Positions 1 to 7,412 of a stretch of DNA of 39,254 nucleotides are shown piece after piece. Source of the stretch: a virus (lineage: Duplodnaviria; Caudoviricetes); IMG/VR virus record IMGVR_UViG_3300048861_000058, positions 1 to 39,254 of that record, one strand, 5' to 3'. Made by a program: the position numbers and the translations under genes. The number at the start of each line of letters is the position of its first letter. The stretch's first letter is position 1. The notes under the pieces were generated by a model. The model did not search any database and was not told the DNA's origin. It saw only the letters and a list, made by a program, of their open reading frames with translations.

Positions 1-391
1 GGTTCTTTGATGGTTCCTTTACGGTTCTGGGTGAACGTGGTTCGGGGGTGGGGTGAACCTCGTTCGGGGGTGGGGTGAACGTGGTTCGGGGGTTATGTAC
101 TGAGGTTCGGGGGTGAACCTCGTTCGGGGGTGAATATCGTTCGGGGGTTACGGTGAACATCGTGGACCTGCCGGAACGTGTTTCGACGCGGATCGCGTTG
201 GCCTTTTCGAGCCACTGAATAGCCTTCTGGACAGCTCGGTCCGACAAGCAGGTACGCATGGCAAGATGTGGAACGGAAGGCCAGCAAACCCCATCGTCAT
301 TTGCCATATCAGCCATAGACACCAAGACCGCCTTCTGTGTGGCTGTCATTCCTTGGAGGGGCCAGCATAGGGCCATGACCGCTGTGCTCAA
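1..391 (-). CDS. Phage replication initiator (lambda O-like, N-terminal HTH), 5' part, truncated by window edge
   Basis: Hand translation from TTG at 391 (GGAG upstream): LSTAVMALCWPLQGMTATQKAVLVSMADMANDDGVCWPSVPHLAMRTCLSDRAVQKAIQWL...TPEPRSPRTVKEPSKN; open to position 1; not in the ORF track. Confidence 0.85.
   Translation of the reverse strand, partial: MSTAVMALCWPLQGMTATQKAVLVSMADMANDDGVCWPSVPHLAMRTCLSDRAVQKAIQWLEKANAIRVETRSGRSTMFTVTPERYSPPNEVHPRTSVHNPRTTFTPPPNEVHPTPEPRSPRTVKEPSKN
29..165. repeat. Replication origin iterons inside the initiator gene
   Basis: GGGTGAAC-N4-GTTCGGGGG-like units at 29, 51, 73, 111 and 128, with partial copies at ~105 and ~152; each has a GAAC/GTTC dyad. Confidence 0.8.
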
Positions 392-394
392 GCG

Positions 395-502
395 CTAAGC
401 TCCGTGCAGGCGGAAGATCGAGAACAGCCGCACTACCACCCACCCAGGTATCAGGTCGCGGACGTACAGGCCCATGACGGCACGCTTGATCAGGCTGCGC
501 AT
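395..502 (-). CDS. Small hypothetical protein (35 aa)
   Basis: MRSLIKRAVMGLYVRDLIPGWVVVRLFSIFRLHGA; AAGGAG upstream; fills the gap between neighbours. Confidence 0.55.
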   Translation of the reverse strand: MRSLIKRAVMGLYVRDLIPGWVVVRLFSIFRLHGA

Positions 503-789
503 GCGGCAAGCTCCTTTTGGGTCCGGGCTAGTAGCTCCAGCTCTGATATCCCGTAGCGTGCCGCGAACTGCTCACGGCCTAACAGGTGCAGGCCTGTATC
601 GCCCTCGTGGTGCTCGAAACAGAGCGGGATGACGTTGAAGTGCCCATCCCTACCCCAGCCAACGAAAAGGCGTGCGTGGTGGATTTGGGCCTCAGTCTCG
701 CCATACCCTAGATGCCGGCACAGCATGCAGCCCAACTCCTTAGCTCGGGCCATGTACCGGCGTTCGGCGGCGGTCGAGGAACGTTTCAT
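490..789 (-). CDS. Ref-family / HNH-like nuclease
   Basis: GCMLC...QIHH...VIPLCFEHH...GLH...F..RYG.SELELL motif pattern. Confidence 0.75.
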   Translation of the reverse strand: MKRSSTAAERRYMARAKELGCMLCRHLGYGETEAQIHHARLFVGWGRDGHFNVIPLCFEHHEGDTGLHLLGREQFAARYGISELELLARTQKELAACAA

Positions 790-1208
790 TGCCGACCCTC
801 CACGAACGCGCGGTACTCCCTACGCATCTTTTCGAAGATGAAGGAGGCGGTCACATCGGTGTCCAGTTCCTTGCGGCTGGCGATGTCGCAGGTTTCGAGG
901 ATGTACTGCTTCGCCTGGTCCTCGCTTTCGACCTCCAGGAATTCCTGGAACTTAGGGTTCTTGCACAGTTGGCAAGCCAGTACCCTCAAGGCTCCGGGCT
1001 TGTCTTCAATATCAGCATCGTTCTGAGCAACAACCGGCTTTGCCTGCTCAAACTGGGCAACAAGCGGCGCCAGAGCTACAGGCATGTCGATGCTGGGGAA
1101 CAGCTTCAGGAAGTCACCACGGCAGGCAGGATCAATGTCTACCTGGACACGGATCGTTCCATCGGCCATCTCCTTCATGGCCCTGCGGGTTCCGGATATG
1201 GCGCTCAT
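786..1208 (-). CDS. Hypothetical phage protein (140 aa)
   Basis: 4-bp overlaps with both neighbours. Confidence 0.75.
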   Translation of the reverse strand: MSAISGTRRAMKEMADGTIRVQVDIDPACRGDFLKLFPSIDMPVALAPLVAQFEQAKPVVAQNDADIEDKPGALRVLACQLCKNPKFQEFLEVESEDQAKQYILETCDIASRKELDTDVTASFIFEKMRREYRAFVEGRQ

Positions 1209-1570
1209 ATCAGCCCGGCCTTCTTCAGCATTGGGACCATAGCGGCCAGGGCTTGGAGCGCTTCAGTGCTGGCGGCTTCCTTAGCCTTCGTCTTGTCGGC
1301 CAGGAATTTCTCAACCAGGTAGTAGATCGGCGTGTAGTCCTTGGACTTTTCCAGGTACAGCTCAAGGTCATCGATGCCGAATTTCCGCTGGCTGTCGTCG
1401 CTAAGCTGGTTGCCCAGGTTGCCAGGAGACTCGTTCAGTTCGATCGCGCAGGTCGACAATCCACGGCGGTAGATGCTTGTCGCCACGCAATCTCGCAGGT
1501 GCCTATGGCGACCCGTAAGGCCCGGCTCAAAGTCGAGCGTCATCTGTGCTTTCTCGCCTGCGATCTTCAC
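1205..1570 (-). CDS. CII-like regulatory protein
   Basis: Position downstream of cro; HTH-like LSTCAIELNESPGNLGNQLS followed by KFGIDDLE. Confidence 0.55.
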   Translation of the reverse strand: MKIAGEKAQMTLDFEPGLTGRHRHLRDCVATSIYRRGLSTCAIELNESPGNLGNQLSDDSQRKFGIDDLELYLEKSKDYTPIYYLVEKFLADKTKAKEAASTEALQALAAMVPMLKKAGLI

Positions 1571-1609
1571 TGATAAATCCTTTTTTCAGTCTTTGTCACT
1601 GCACTGCAC

Positions 1610-1637
1610 AAAAATGGCTCGTCTACCAAACGAGCCA
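1610..1637 (-). terminator. Intrinsic terminator (tR1-like)
   Basis: TGGCTCGT/ACGAGCCA 8-bp stem followed by TTTTT on the minus strand. Confidence 0.65.
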
Positions 1638-1649
1638 GAAAATGAAATC

Positions 1650-1826
1650 TCAGCGGTACTTATCGGCTACAGCGGCAATAGCCCAGCACGCAACGATGTA
1701 TGACGTTGTGGGTGGGATTGGTGCGAGCTCGGATTCTCGTAGCGGGTCGAGAGTGGTCAACATGAAGCGCCGGAAGTCTTGGTCTTCGCGTGGGGAAGCG
1801 ACGGGGATCGGCTTGAAAGAGTGCAT
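1650..1826 (-). CDS. Hypothetical protein (58 aa)
   Basis: Internal ATG (MHSFKPIP) with GAGG RBS. Confidence 0.5.
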   Translation of the reverse strand: MHSFKPIPVASPREDQDFRRFMLTTLDPLRESELAPIPPTTSYIVACWAIAAVADKYR

Positions 1827-1834
1827 CGTTGGCC

Positions 1835-1948
1835 TCACGCGAAATAGGCAATCACAGCCGCGCCCAGAATCAGCAGGACGCAGCAATGGCAGAAGCGGCT
1901 TAGGGGTGGCTGTTGCTCTAGCCAGAACAACCATGCTTGGGGGCTCAT
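1835..1948 (-). CDS. Small membrane protein (37 aa)
   Basis: MSPQAWLFW...VLLILGAAVIAYFA; ATGA overlap with cro stop. Confidence 0.55.
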   Translation of the reverse strand: MSPQAWLFWLEQQPPLSRFCHCCVLLILGAAVIAYFA

Positions 1949-2136
1949 GCGGACCTCGCCAACGTTTCGGTTTGCACGAGCAGGAGAAGCTTCAAGGCGT
2001 CGTCGGCACCGACCGGCGTCTGACCCTGCTCCCATCGCGACAAACGAGATTGAGGAATCCCGGTACGCCTGGATATCTCCATCTGGGAGAAGCCAGCGGA
2101 TCGGAGTTGCTTGATGAGGTCCAGGGTCGTATGCAT
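1945..2136 (-). CDS. cro: Cro-like HTH regulator
   Basis: FSQMEISRRTGIPQSRLSRWEQG HTH; 63 aa; divergent from the repressor. Confidence 0.85.
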   Translation of the reverse strand: MHTTLDLIKQLRSAGFSQMEISRRTGIPQSRLSRWEQGQTPVGADDALKLLLLVQTETLARSA

Positions 2137-2146
2137 AATGTCTGCG

Positions 2147-2175
2147 ATCTTACCCGCATTCGCATAACCACGCAA
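2147..2175 (-). promoter_or_regulatory. PR-like sigma70 promoter
   Basis: TTGCGT-17 nt-TAAGAT just upstream of the cro ATG. Confidence 0.65.
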
Positions 2176-2214
2176 AGCCTTTTTATGCACATTAGGGTTA
2201 TCTACTAGTGCATA
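2151..2214. promoter_or_regulatory. OR-like operator cluster, 16-bp sites related to TATGC-N6-GCATA
   Basis: TACCCGCATTCGCATA 2151-2166, TATGCACATTAGGGTT 2184-2199, TATCTACTAGTGCATA 2199-2214; a related site occurs at 4055-4070. Confidence 0.6.
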
Positions 2215-2222
2215 TTCGGCTG

Positions 2223-2708
2223 ATGAAACCCAAAGACGTGATGCGAGACCTGCTCGACAGGACCGGAGAGAACCCCAACTCCCTCGCGACAAAGACAGGG
2301 GTAGCGCAGTCGTCCATCCAAAGGATGCTGGCAAGCGACACAAAGGAGCCGCGTCGAAGCACGCTGGAACCTATCGCGCGCTATTACGGCTTCCCTGTGG
2401 AGTGTTTTTTTAGCGGGCTGCCTGAGGACTTCCACCCGCAAAACACTCAGTGGGGCAAGGGTTTACGCTCGGCAGGTAGTCCAACAGTTGCGGCAATCCC
2501 TAAAAGTGATCCAATATTTCAGATCATTTCTACGGGTGACTACCTATCCCTTTCGGATGTAGACAAGAGGATGATGGCTGAATACATCCGCGTGTTTGTA
2601 GAAGCGAAATCAAAACTGGCCGACCCACGTAAATCTATCGACCCCGAGATAGACCGGATGTCTTCCCATACGGAGGGGGAAGATGGCAGGCGAGCAAGAC
2701 GGCGGTAA
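2223..2708 (+). CDS. cI: CI-like immunity repressor (XRE HTH, no evident S24 peptidase domain)
   Basis: NPNSLATKTGVAQSSIQRMLASDTKEPRRSTLEPIARYYG HTH; divergent from cro; start may be 2208 or 2223. Confidence 0.8.
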   Translation: MKPKDVMRDLLDRTGENPNSLATKTGVAQSSIQRMLASDTKEPRRSTLEPIARYYGFPVECFFSGLPEDFHPQNTQWGKGLRSAGSPTVAAIPKSDPIFQIISTGDYLSLSDVDKRMMAEYIRVFVEAKSKLADPRKSIDPEIDRMSSHTEGEDGRRARRR

Positions 2709-2925
2709 CGTCATTGACTTTATGAATGCTTACCAAGCAAGGCACCCGAGGATTGAGCAGGAACCAGAGGCGCCGACGATGCTGATTTACCTGGCTCCCA
2801 ATGGCGCACCCAGGTACGAATGCAGGGGAAAAGCTGCGTCCTACGCCTTGGCCTTGGCCATAGGCTGTTGGATGGCCCTAGGTTCCCTGCTGCGGTCCAT
2901 CCCTTGGTTTGACCCTCACAATTAG
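2683..2925 (+). CDS. Hypothetical protein, hydrophobic C-terminus (80 aa)
   Basis: GGAGG RBS; follows the repressor. Confidence 0.55.
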   Translation: MAGEQDGGNVIDFMNAYQARHPRIEQEPEAPTMLIYLAPNGAPRYECRGKAASYALALAIGCWMALGSLLRSIPWFDPHN

Positions 2926-2933
2926 AGAGACAA

Positions 2934-3536
2934 ATGAAAGCTCTTATGGTCATCCCCCTGGTAGTGCTGTCGGGGTGTGCACAGATGCAGTTGCAACAAG
3001 CAAAAGAAGCCGCCTCCAGCCGAAACGCCGTCTGTGAGGCCGCGGGGCAGGATCCACGCCTGGACGCTATCCGAGCGCAGATTCCGGTAGACGCCCGCAA
3101 GGCGACACTGGAACAGCTCAATGATGATCGGCTGGCAACCCCAGAGCAGAAGCCGGCAATCTCAAGCATCCAGGAAGTCTTTGCCCGCTGCGAGGACCTG
3201 ACTAACCAGTACTTCGCGCAGTACGGTGCCCAAGGGTCGAATGTGGTTTACCAGCAATACACCCAGGACACGAAGCTGCTCGAATCAGGGTTGTGGGCCG
3301 GCAAAATCAACTTCGGCCAGTTCAACACAGCCAGGCTCAAGCTTGATGAACAAGCCCGTGTGAGCATTAGCGCGCTAGAGCGCCATGCCGCCGACCAGGC
3401 CAGGGCCGAACAGATGCAGCGATCCCAGAACGCCGCCATCTTGGCGCCCTACTTCCTCCAGGCGTCCCAACCCAGGCCTACCTACAACACGAACTGCACG
3501 TCTTTCGGCAATTCGGTCAACTGCACGACGAGATAG
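2934..3536 (+). CDS. Lipoprotein (200 aa), lysogenic conversion candidate
   Basis: MKALMVIPLVVLSGC lipobox; C-terminal TNCTSFGNSVNCT. Confidence 0.8.
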   Translation: MKALMVIPLVVLSGCAQMQLQQAKEAASSRNAVCEAAGQDPRLDAIRAQIPVDARKATLEQLNDDRLATPEQKPAISSIQEVFARCEDLTNQYFAQYGAQGSNVVYQQYTQDTKLLESGLWAGKINFGQFNTARLKLDEQARVSISALERHAADQARAEQMQRSQNAAILAPYFLQASQPRPTYNTNCTSFGNSVNCTTR

Positions 3537-3539
3537 ATT

Positions 3540-3944
3540 ATGAAGAGGCTGTTCGCATTGGGAGCGTTGATCGCACTGCCGGCCTTCGCGAGCGCCCAGA
3601 GCCCCGACTACAGCAGCGGGAATTACTGGTACGACATCTGTACAAGATCGGACCTGGACGCTCAGGCGTTATGCGTGACATTCGTTTCGTCGCTTACCGA
3701 GGGTCTCACGCTGGGTAGCCTTGGAGCGTCCATTTGGATCCTTCGCGCCACGAAAGCTAGAGACGTGGACGGCGGCGCGAAGGAAGTAAGTGGCTTCGTC
3801 ATGGGATGCGCTCCCGATGGCGTCACTAACCGGCAAAACGTCGATATTTTTGTGTCTTACCTACGAGGCCACCCAGAGTCCCGCCAGAAAAATGCAGGCG
3901 TTCTCTACGTCAATGCCCTAAGGGAAGCGTTCCCGTGTAAGTAA
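3540..3944 (+). CDS. Rap1a/Tai-family periplasmic immunity protein
   Basis: Signal peptide; SGN....C ... C..FV....EG ... CAPDGVT..Q...IFV.YLR.HPE ... ALREAFPC pattern. Confidence 0.8.
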   Translation: MKRLFALGALIALPAFASAQSPDYSSGNYWYDICTRSDLDAQALCVTFVSSLTEGLTLGSLGASIWILRATKARDVDGGAKEVSGFVMGCAPDGVTNRQNVDIFVSYLRGHPESRQKNAGVLYVNALREAFPCK

Positions 3945-3967
3945 GCATCCAGGGGAACATATCATAC

Positions 3968-3989
3968 GCCGCCTTCGGGCGGCTTTTTT
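3968..3989 (+). terminator. Intrinsic terminator ending the repressor operon
   Basis: GCCGCC-TTCG-GGCGGC-TTTTTT. Confidence 0.9.
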
Positions 3990-4043
3990 GCCGCTTCCGC
4001 ATAGCCACAGGACAACTATTTTGTAACGGCTATGCGATTCCGC

Positions 4044-4072
4044 TTGATCTGCATTACCCGTTTATGCATAAT
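4044..4072 (+). promoter_or_regulatory. PL-like promoter with overlapping operator
   Basis: TTGATC-17 nt-CATAAT; operator-like TACCCGTTTATGCATA at 4055-4070. Confidence 0.65.
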
Positions 4073-4115
4073 CTCTCCATCGACAAGCACTTCATCCAGC
4101 CAGGAGAGACGAGAC

Positions 4116-4313
4116 ATGAACATCGCCGAACAGATCATCAGCCAAGACGCCGACATGGCGATTGTCCTCGCCGACGCTCAACGCAAGGCCTGGGACAACA
4201 GCGGCGTCCTCCCACACAACCGCGTGGTCTATCACTTCGAAGATGGCTCGCGCATGACGTTCCAGCTGGACGAACGCAATCAACCGGCCATTGCCCGCGC
4301 TGGCGAGTGGTAA
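4116..4313 (+). CDS. Hypothetical protein (65 aa), first gene of the PL operon
   Basis: ATG after AGGAGAG; MNIAEQII... Confidence 0.65.
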   Translation: MNIAEQIISQDADMAIVLADAQRKAWDNSGVLPHNRVVYHFEDGSRMTFQLDERNQPAIARAGEW

Positions 4314-4342
4314 TCCGCCTAAACCCATTCAGTGCCTAACAG

Positions 4343-4461
4343 GAGATTCAGGAGAGGGTGAGCCGTGGAGCTTAGGTGACTCGGCATAAAGGCACACCGA
4401 TCTACGAAGCGGCATAAACGCAGTGGACATGACAGGCCATTGCCACCCTCCCCTGAATCTC
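4343..4461 (+). ncRNA. Putative cloverleaf-like structured RNA (C4-antisense-like architecture)
   Basis: Closing stem 4343-4360/4444-4461 pairs at 17 of 18 positions; inner hairpins including GCAGTGG-acatgacagg-CCATTGC; intergenic. Confidence 0.55.
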
Positions 4462-4486
4462 TAGATACCTACCTACTGGATAAGAA

Positions 4487-4621
4487 ATGATGGTCATCCA
4501 TATCGTCGTCGGTTTCATAAGTGGGCTCGCTGTCGGCTACAGCTTTAACGACGAGTCGCGCACGCAAGGATTTATCGCGTTCGCCGTCGCCCTCGTGAAC
4601 ATTGCATTGATCGGGAATTGA
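4487..4621 (+). CDS. Small two-TM membrane protein (44 aa)
   Basis: MMVIHIVVGFISGLAVGYSFNDESRTQGFIAFAVALVNIALIGN; stops 1 nt before the next ATG. Confidence 0.55.
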   Translation: MMVIHIVVGFISGLAVGYSFNDESRTQGFIAFAVALVNIALIGN

Positions 4622-4622
4622 A

Positions 4623-5015
4623 ATGACCCCTCCCGACTTCCTCAAACGAGTACAGGAGAACCCGCAGATAGCAGTAGAGCTGTATGAGGCGCTGCATGCG
4701 TATCAAGCCGCTGAGGCCATGCCGACTTATGTAAGCGCGTCGGATTTCGTATGGCCCAAGCAGTCCATGCGTCAGGAAGGTAACCCTACCTGGGGATGGA
4801 TCTGCGAAACGCATGGGTTGGGATATCGGAGCAGCTGCATATGCTGTTCGGAAGAATACGACAGGCACCAAGAGCAAAAAACCGCTAACGCGCGCATTGC
4901 CCGCAACGACGCTCTATATGCGGCCAAGGTCATCGCTGAAAAAGCACTCAACCTGGCAAACGGCTTTGAGCAGATAGCTGCCCACTATTCAAATCAACTC
5001 AAGGAAGAGAAATGA
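4623..5015 (+). CDS. Hypothetical protein (130 aa)
   Basis: Operon packing; C..H...C..C cluster. Confidence 0.7.
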   Translation: MTPPDFLKRVQENPQIAVELYEALHAYQAAEAMPTYVSASDFVWPKQSMRQEGNPTWGWICETHGLGYRSSCICCSEEYDRHQEQKTANARIARNDALYAAKVIAEKALNLANGFEQIAAHYSNQLKEEK

Positions 5016-5272
5016 ACGCCGAGCCAGTTGTGGAGGAAATCACCGACACCCCTGAGGGTGTAATCGACGCCTTCGCTTCCTTCACATGGGATGCGGACAA
5101 GCACACGATCCGTTGGTGGACGAAACAGATCATGGAGCACTCCGACTTCACCCGGGACTTTGATACCTCGGATTGGGTTGTGATCTTCCATCTGATCGCC
5201 AAGGACAACACTTCTCGGTCGCGCGACCTTCTCAAGCGCCTGGAGTTCGAGATAGCGGAGATCATCGCGTGA
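5012..5272 (+). CDS. Hypothetical protein (86 aa)
   Basis: ATGA overlap, AAGGA RBS. Confidence 0.7.
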   Translation: MNAEPVVEEITDTPEGVIDAFASFTWDADKHTIRWWTKQIMEHSDFTRDFDTSDWVVIFHLIAKDNTSRSRDLLKRLEFEIAEIIA

Positions 5273-5445
5273 ATCTCGGTTTCGTCCTGGGCTACTCGTT
5301 CGCCACGCTCGCGGTCATGTTTCCGGCAGATCGCCTGTACAGCTGGTGGCGCAAAGAGCCTTCCCTGTCGCTCAAGGATTGGCTGCTGGTTGGATCGGCA
5401 ATCACTGTGGTGGCATCAATCATCTACTTCTGGGTGGTGGCATGA
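5269..5445 (+). CDS. Small membrane protein (58 aa)
   Basis: GTGA overlap; two hydrophobic segments. Confidence 0.6.
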   Translation: MNLGFVLGYSFATLAVMFPADRLYSWWRKEPSLSLKDWLLVGSAITVVASIIYFWVVA

Positions 5446-5564
5446 ACGAGATACGCCCGCACTTGTGGAAGCTCGCCGTGGTCCTGGGATTGTGGCTGCT
5501 GGCAAGTCATTACGACTATCAGGATCAGCAGCGCCGGGACTTCCAAGCGGTTGCTCAAAGGTAA
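5442..5564 (+). CDS. Small membrane protein (40 aa)
   Basis: ATGA overlap; MNEIRPHLWKLAVVLGLWLLASHYDYQD. Confidence 0.6.
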   Translation: MNEIRPHLWKLAVVLGLWLLASHYDYQDQQRRDFQAVAQR

Positions 5565-5569
5565 ACAAC

Positions 5570-6367
5570 ATGAATGCCATCGTAGAACTGCCCCACGGGG
5601 CAATTATGTCGGCTGATCAGATGCGCGAGCGGATCAACGCTGTGCAGAAGGTCATGCAGGCCGTCATGAAAGAGGACACGCACTTCGGCAAGATTCCCGG
5701 AACCAACAAGCCCACCCTGTACAAGGCCGGGTCTGAAGTCCTTCTGACAACCTTCCACATGGGTTTGCGCCTGGAGATTGACGACCTGTCCAACGGGGAC
5801 GAGATTCGGTATCGGGTGAAAGCCATCGGGTTCCATCAGCCCACTGGAACGACCGTGGGTGAAGGCATCGGGGAATGCTCTACCGGGGAAGAAAAGTACA
5901 AATGGCGTACCGCTGTTTGTGACGAAGAATGGGAAGCGTACCCAGAGTCTCGGCGGCGTACCAAGTTCTCGCGGACATGGAACAAGGGTATGCGTGCCTA
6001 CGACATTCTCCAGGTCAAGCAGGTCCGTACGGAACCTTCTGACCTCGCCAATACTGTCCTCAAGATGGCGAAGAAGCGCGCCCAGATTGATTTCACGCTT
6101 ACCGCCCTAGGGGCCTCCGATATCTTCACACAGGATATTGAAGACTTGCCCCCCGAGCTTCGAAGCGCCGCCGAAGACGCTGACGGTAATCCTCTTCCTG
6201 CTGGCGCTCCGCTTGAGCATCCAGCCATGAAGGAAGCCGATTCCGTGCAGGCGTTGGCAAAGGTGATGAACACCCTGAAGGCAGATGAGCGCAAGAAATA
6301 CCTGCCCTACTTCCAATCCAGGATGAAAGAACTGCAAGGAGGCGGCAATGGATCAGCGGACGAATGA
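5570..6367 (+). CDS. Putative single-strand annealing protein / recombinase
   Basis: Directly upstream of the exonuclease; KPTLYKAGSE and NTVLKMAKKRA...FTQDIED motifs. Confidence 0.6.
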   Translation: MNAIVELPHGAIMSADQMRERINAVQKVMQAVMKEDTHFGKIPGTNKPTLYKAGSEVLLTTFHMGLRLEIDDLSNGDEIRYRVKAIGFHQPTGTTVGEGIGECSTGEEKYKWRTAVCDEEWEAYPESRRRTKFSRTWNKGMRAYDILQVKQVRTEPSDLANTVLKMAKKRAQIDFTLTALGASDIFTQDIEDLPPELRSAAEDADGNPLPAGAPLEHPAMKEADSVQALAKVMNTLKADERKKYLPYFQSRMKELQGGGNGSADE

Positions 6368-6956
6368 ATGGTTCCAGGCGCGCCTGGGGAAAGCGACCGC
6401 CAGTAATTTCCGGAAAGTCCTGGCGAAGGTCAAATCTGGGGAAGCCGCCGACCGCAGGAATTACCGCGCGCAGCTCGTGATTGAACGGCTAACGGGTCAG
6501 CCGCAGGAGTCGTATTCCAACGCGGCTATGCAGTGGGGAACCGAACAAGAGCCCTTCGCCCGAATCGCCTACATGGCGCAGACTGGAAACGAGGTTCAGG
6601 AGGTCGGCTTTATCGAACATCACGAGTTGATGGCCGGAGCTTCACCGGATGGGTACGTAGGCGACCACGGACTCATAGAGATCAAGTGCCCCGTATCCGC
6701 CACTCATATTGAGACGCTAAAGGGCGAAACCTGCCCATCCGACAACTACGCCCAGGTTCAGGGACAACTGTGGATAACCGGCCGGGACTGGTGCGATTTC
6801 GTCAGCTACGACCCACGCATGCCGGAGCGGCTGCAACTGTTCGTGCATCGCGTAGGACGTGATGCGGACTATATCGACGCCTTAGCCAAGGAAGTCAAAG
6901 CATTCCTGGATGAAGTCGCCGCAGAAGTCGAAACCCTCAACAAAATCGCTGCTTAG
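6348..6956 (+). CDS. Lambda-exonuclease / YqaJ family protein
   Basis: QRT.EWFQARLGKATAS, AMQWGTEQEP, GASPDG, IEIKCP, YAQVQGQLW, CDFVSYDPR. Confidence 0.93.
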   Translation: MDQRTNEWFQARLGKATASNFRKVLAKVKSGEAADRRNYRAQLVIERLTGQPQESYSNAAMQWGTEQEPFARIAYMAQTGNEVQEVGFIEHHELMAGASPDGYVGDHGLIEIKCPVSATHIETLKGETCPSDNYAQVQGQLWITGRDWCDFVSYDPRMPERLQLFVHRVGRDADYIDALAKEVKAFLDEVAAEVETLNKIAA

Positions 6957-6964
6957 GAGCAACC

Positions 6965-7228
6965 ATGGCTTACGACAACACCAATTCTGGCGTCCTGTTC
7001 AAGAACGACAAGAAAGAGAAAGACTCCCACCCGGATTATCGGGGAAGCATCAACGTGCTCGGGATCGAATGCTGGTTGTCTGCTTGGATCAAGGAAGGCA
7101 ACAAGGGCAAGTTTATGAGCCTTGCTGTCACCCCGAAGGAAGAGACGGATAAGGAACCCGCCAAGCCAGCTGCAAAGGCCCCAGCTACAGGCGGCGTGTC
7201 TGACATTGACGACGCACCCCCCTTCTGA
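6965..7228 (+). CDS. Putative small ssDNA-binding protein
   Basis: GVLFKN...PDYRG.I...WLSAW...KFMSL; acidic tail DIDDAPPF. Confidence 0.65.
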   Translation: MAYDNTNSGVLFKNDKKEKDSHPDYRGSINVLGIECWLSAWIKEGNKGKFMSLAVTPKEETDKEPAKPAAKAPATGGVSDIDDAPPF

Positions 7229-7235
7229 GGCAGAC

Positions 7236-7412
7236 ATGGACCCGCGAGAATTCTGGTACACCGCCGTCTTCCAAAACAGGATGACAGGCGAGAAGCTGAC
7301 GATGGAGATAAAAGCCGCGTCAGAACAAGAAGCAACGTGCAGGGCTCTTAACCTTGCGCACGGTCCGTACTGGAAGCGCACGTTGCTGGAGCGCGGTGGG
7401 GAGGTGCGGTGA
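7236..7412 (+). CDS. Hypothetical protein (58 aa)
   Basis: GAGG RBS; GTGA overlap with the MTase. Confidence 0.6.
   Translation: MDPREFWYTAVFQNRMTGEKLTMEIKAASEQEATCRALNLAHGPYWKRTLLERGGEVR

Noticed and set aside
29-165. Repeat cluster as a CRISPR array
   Set aside because: Spacers are mostly 0-2 nt, there are no cas genes, and the repeats lie within the initiator ORF; iterons explain them
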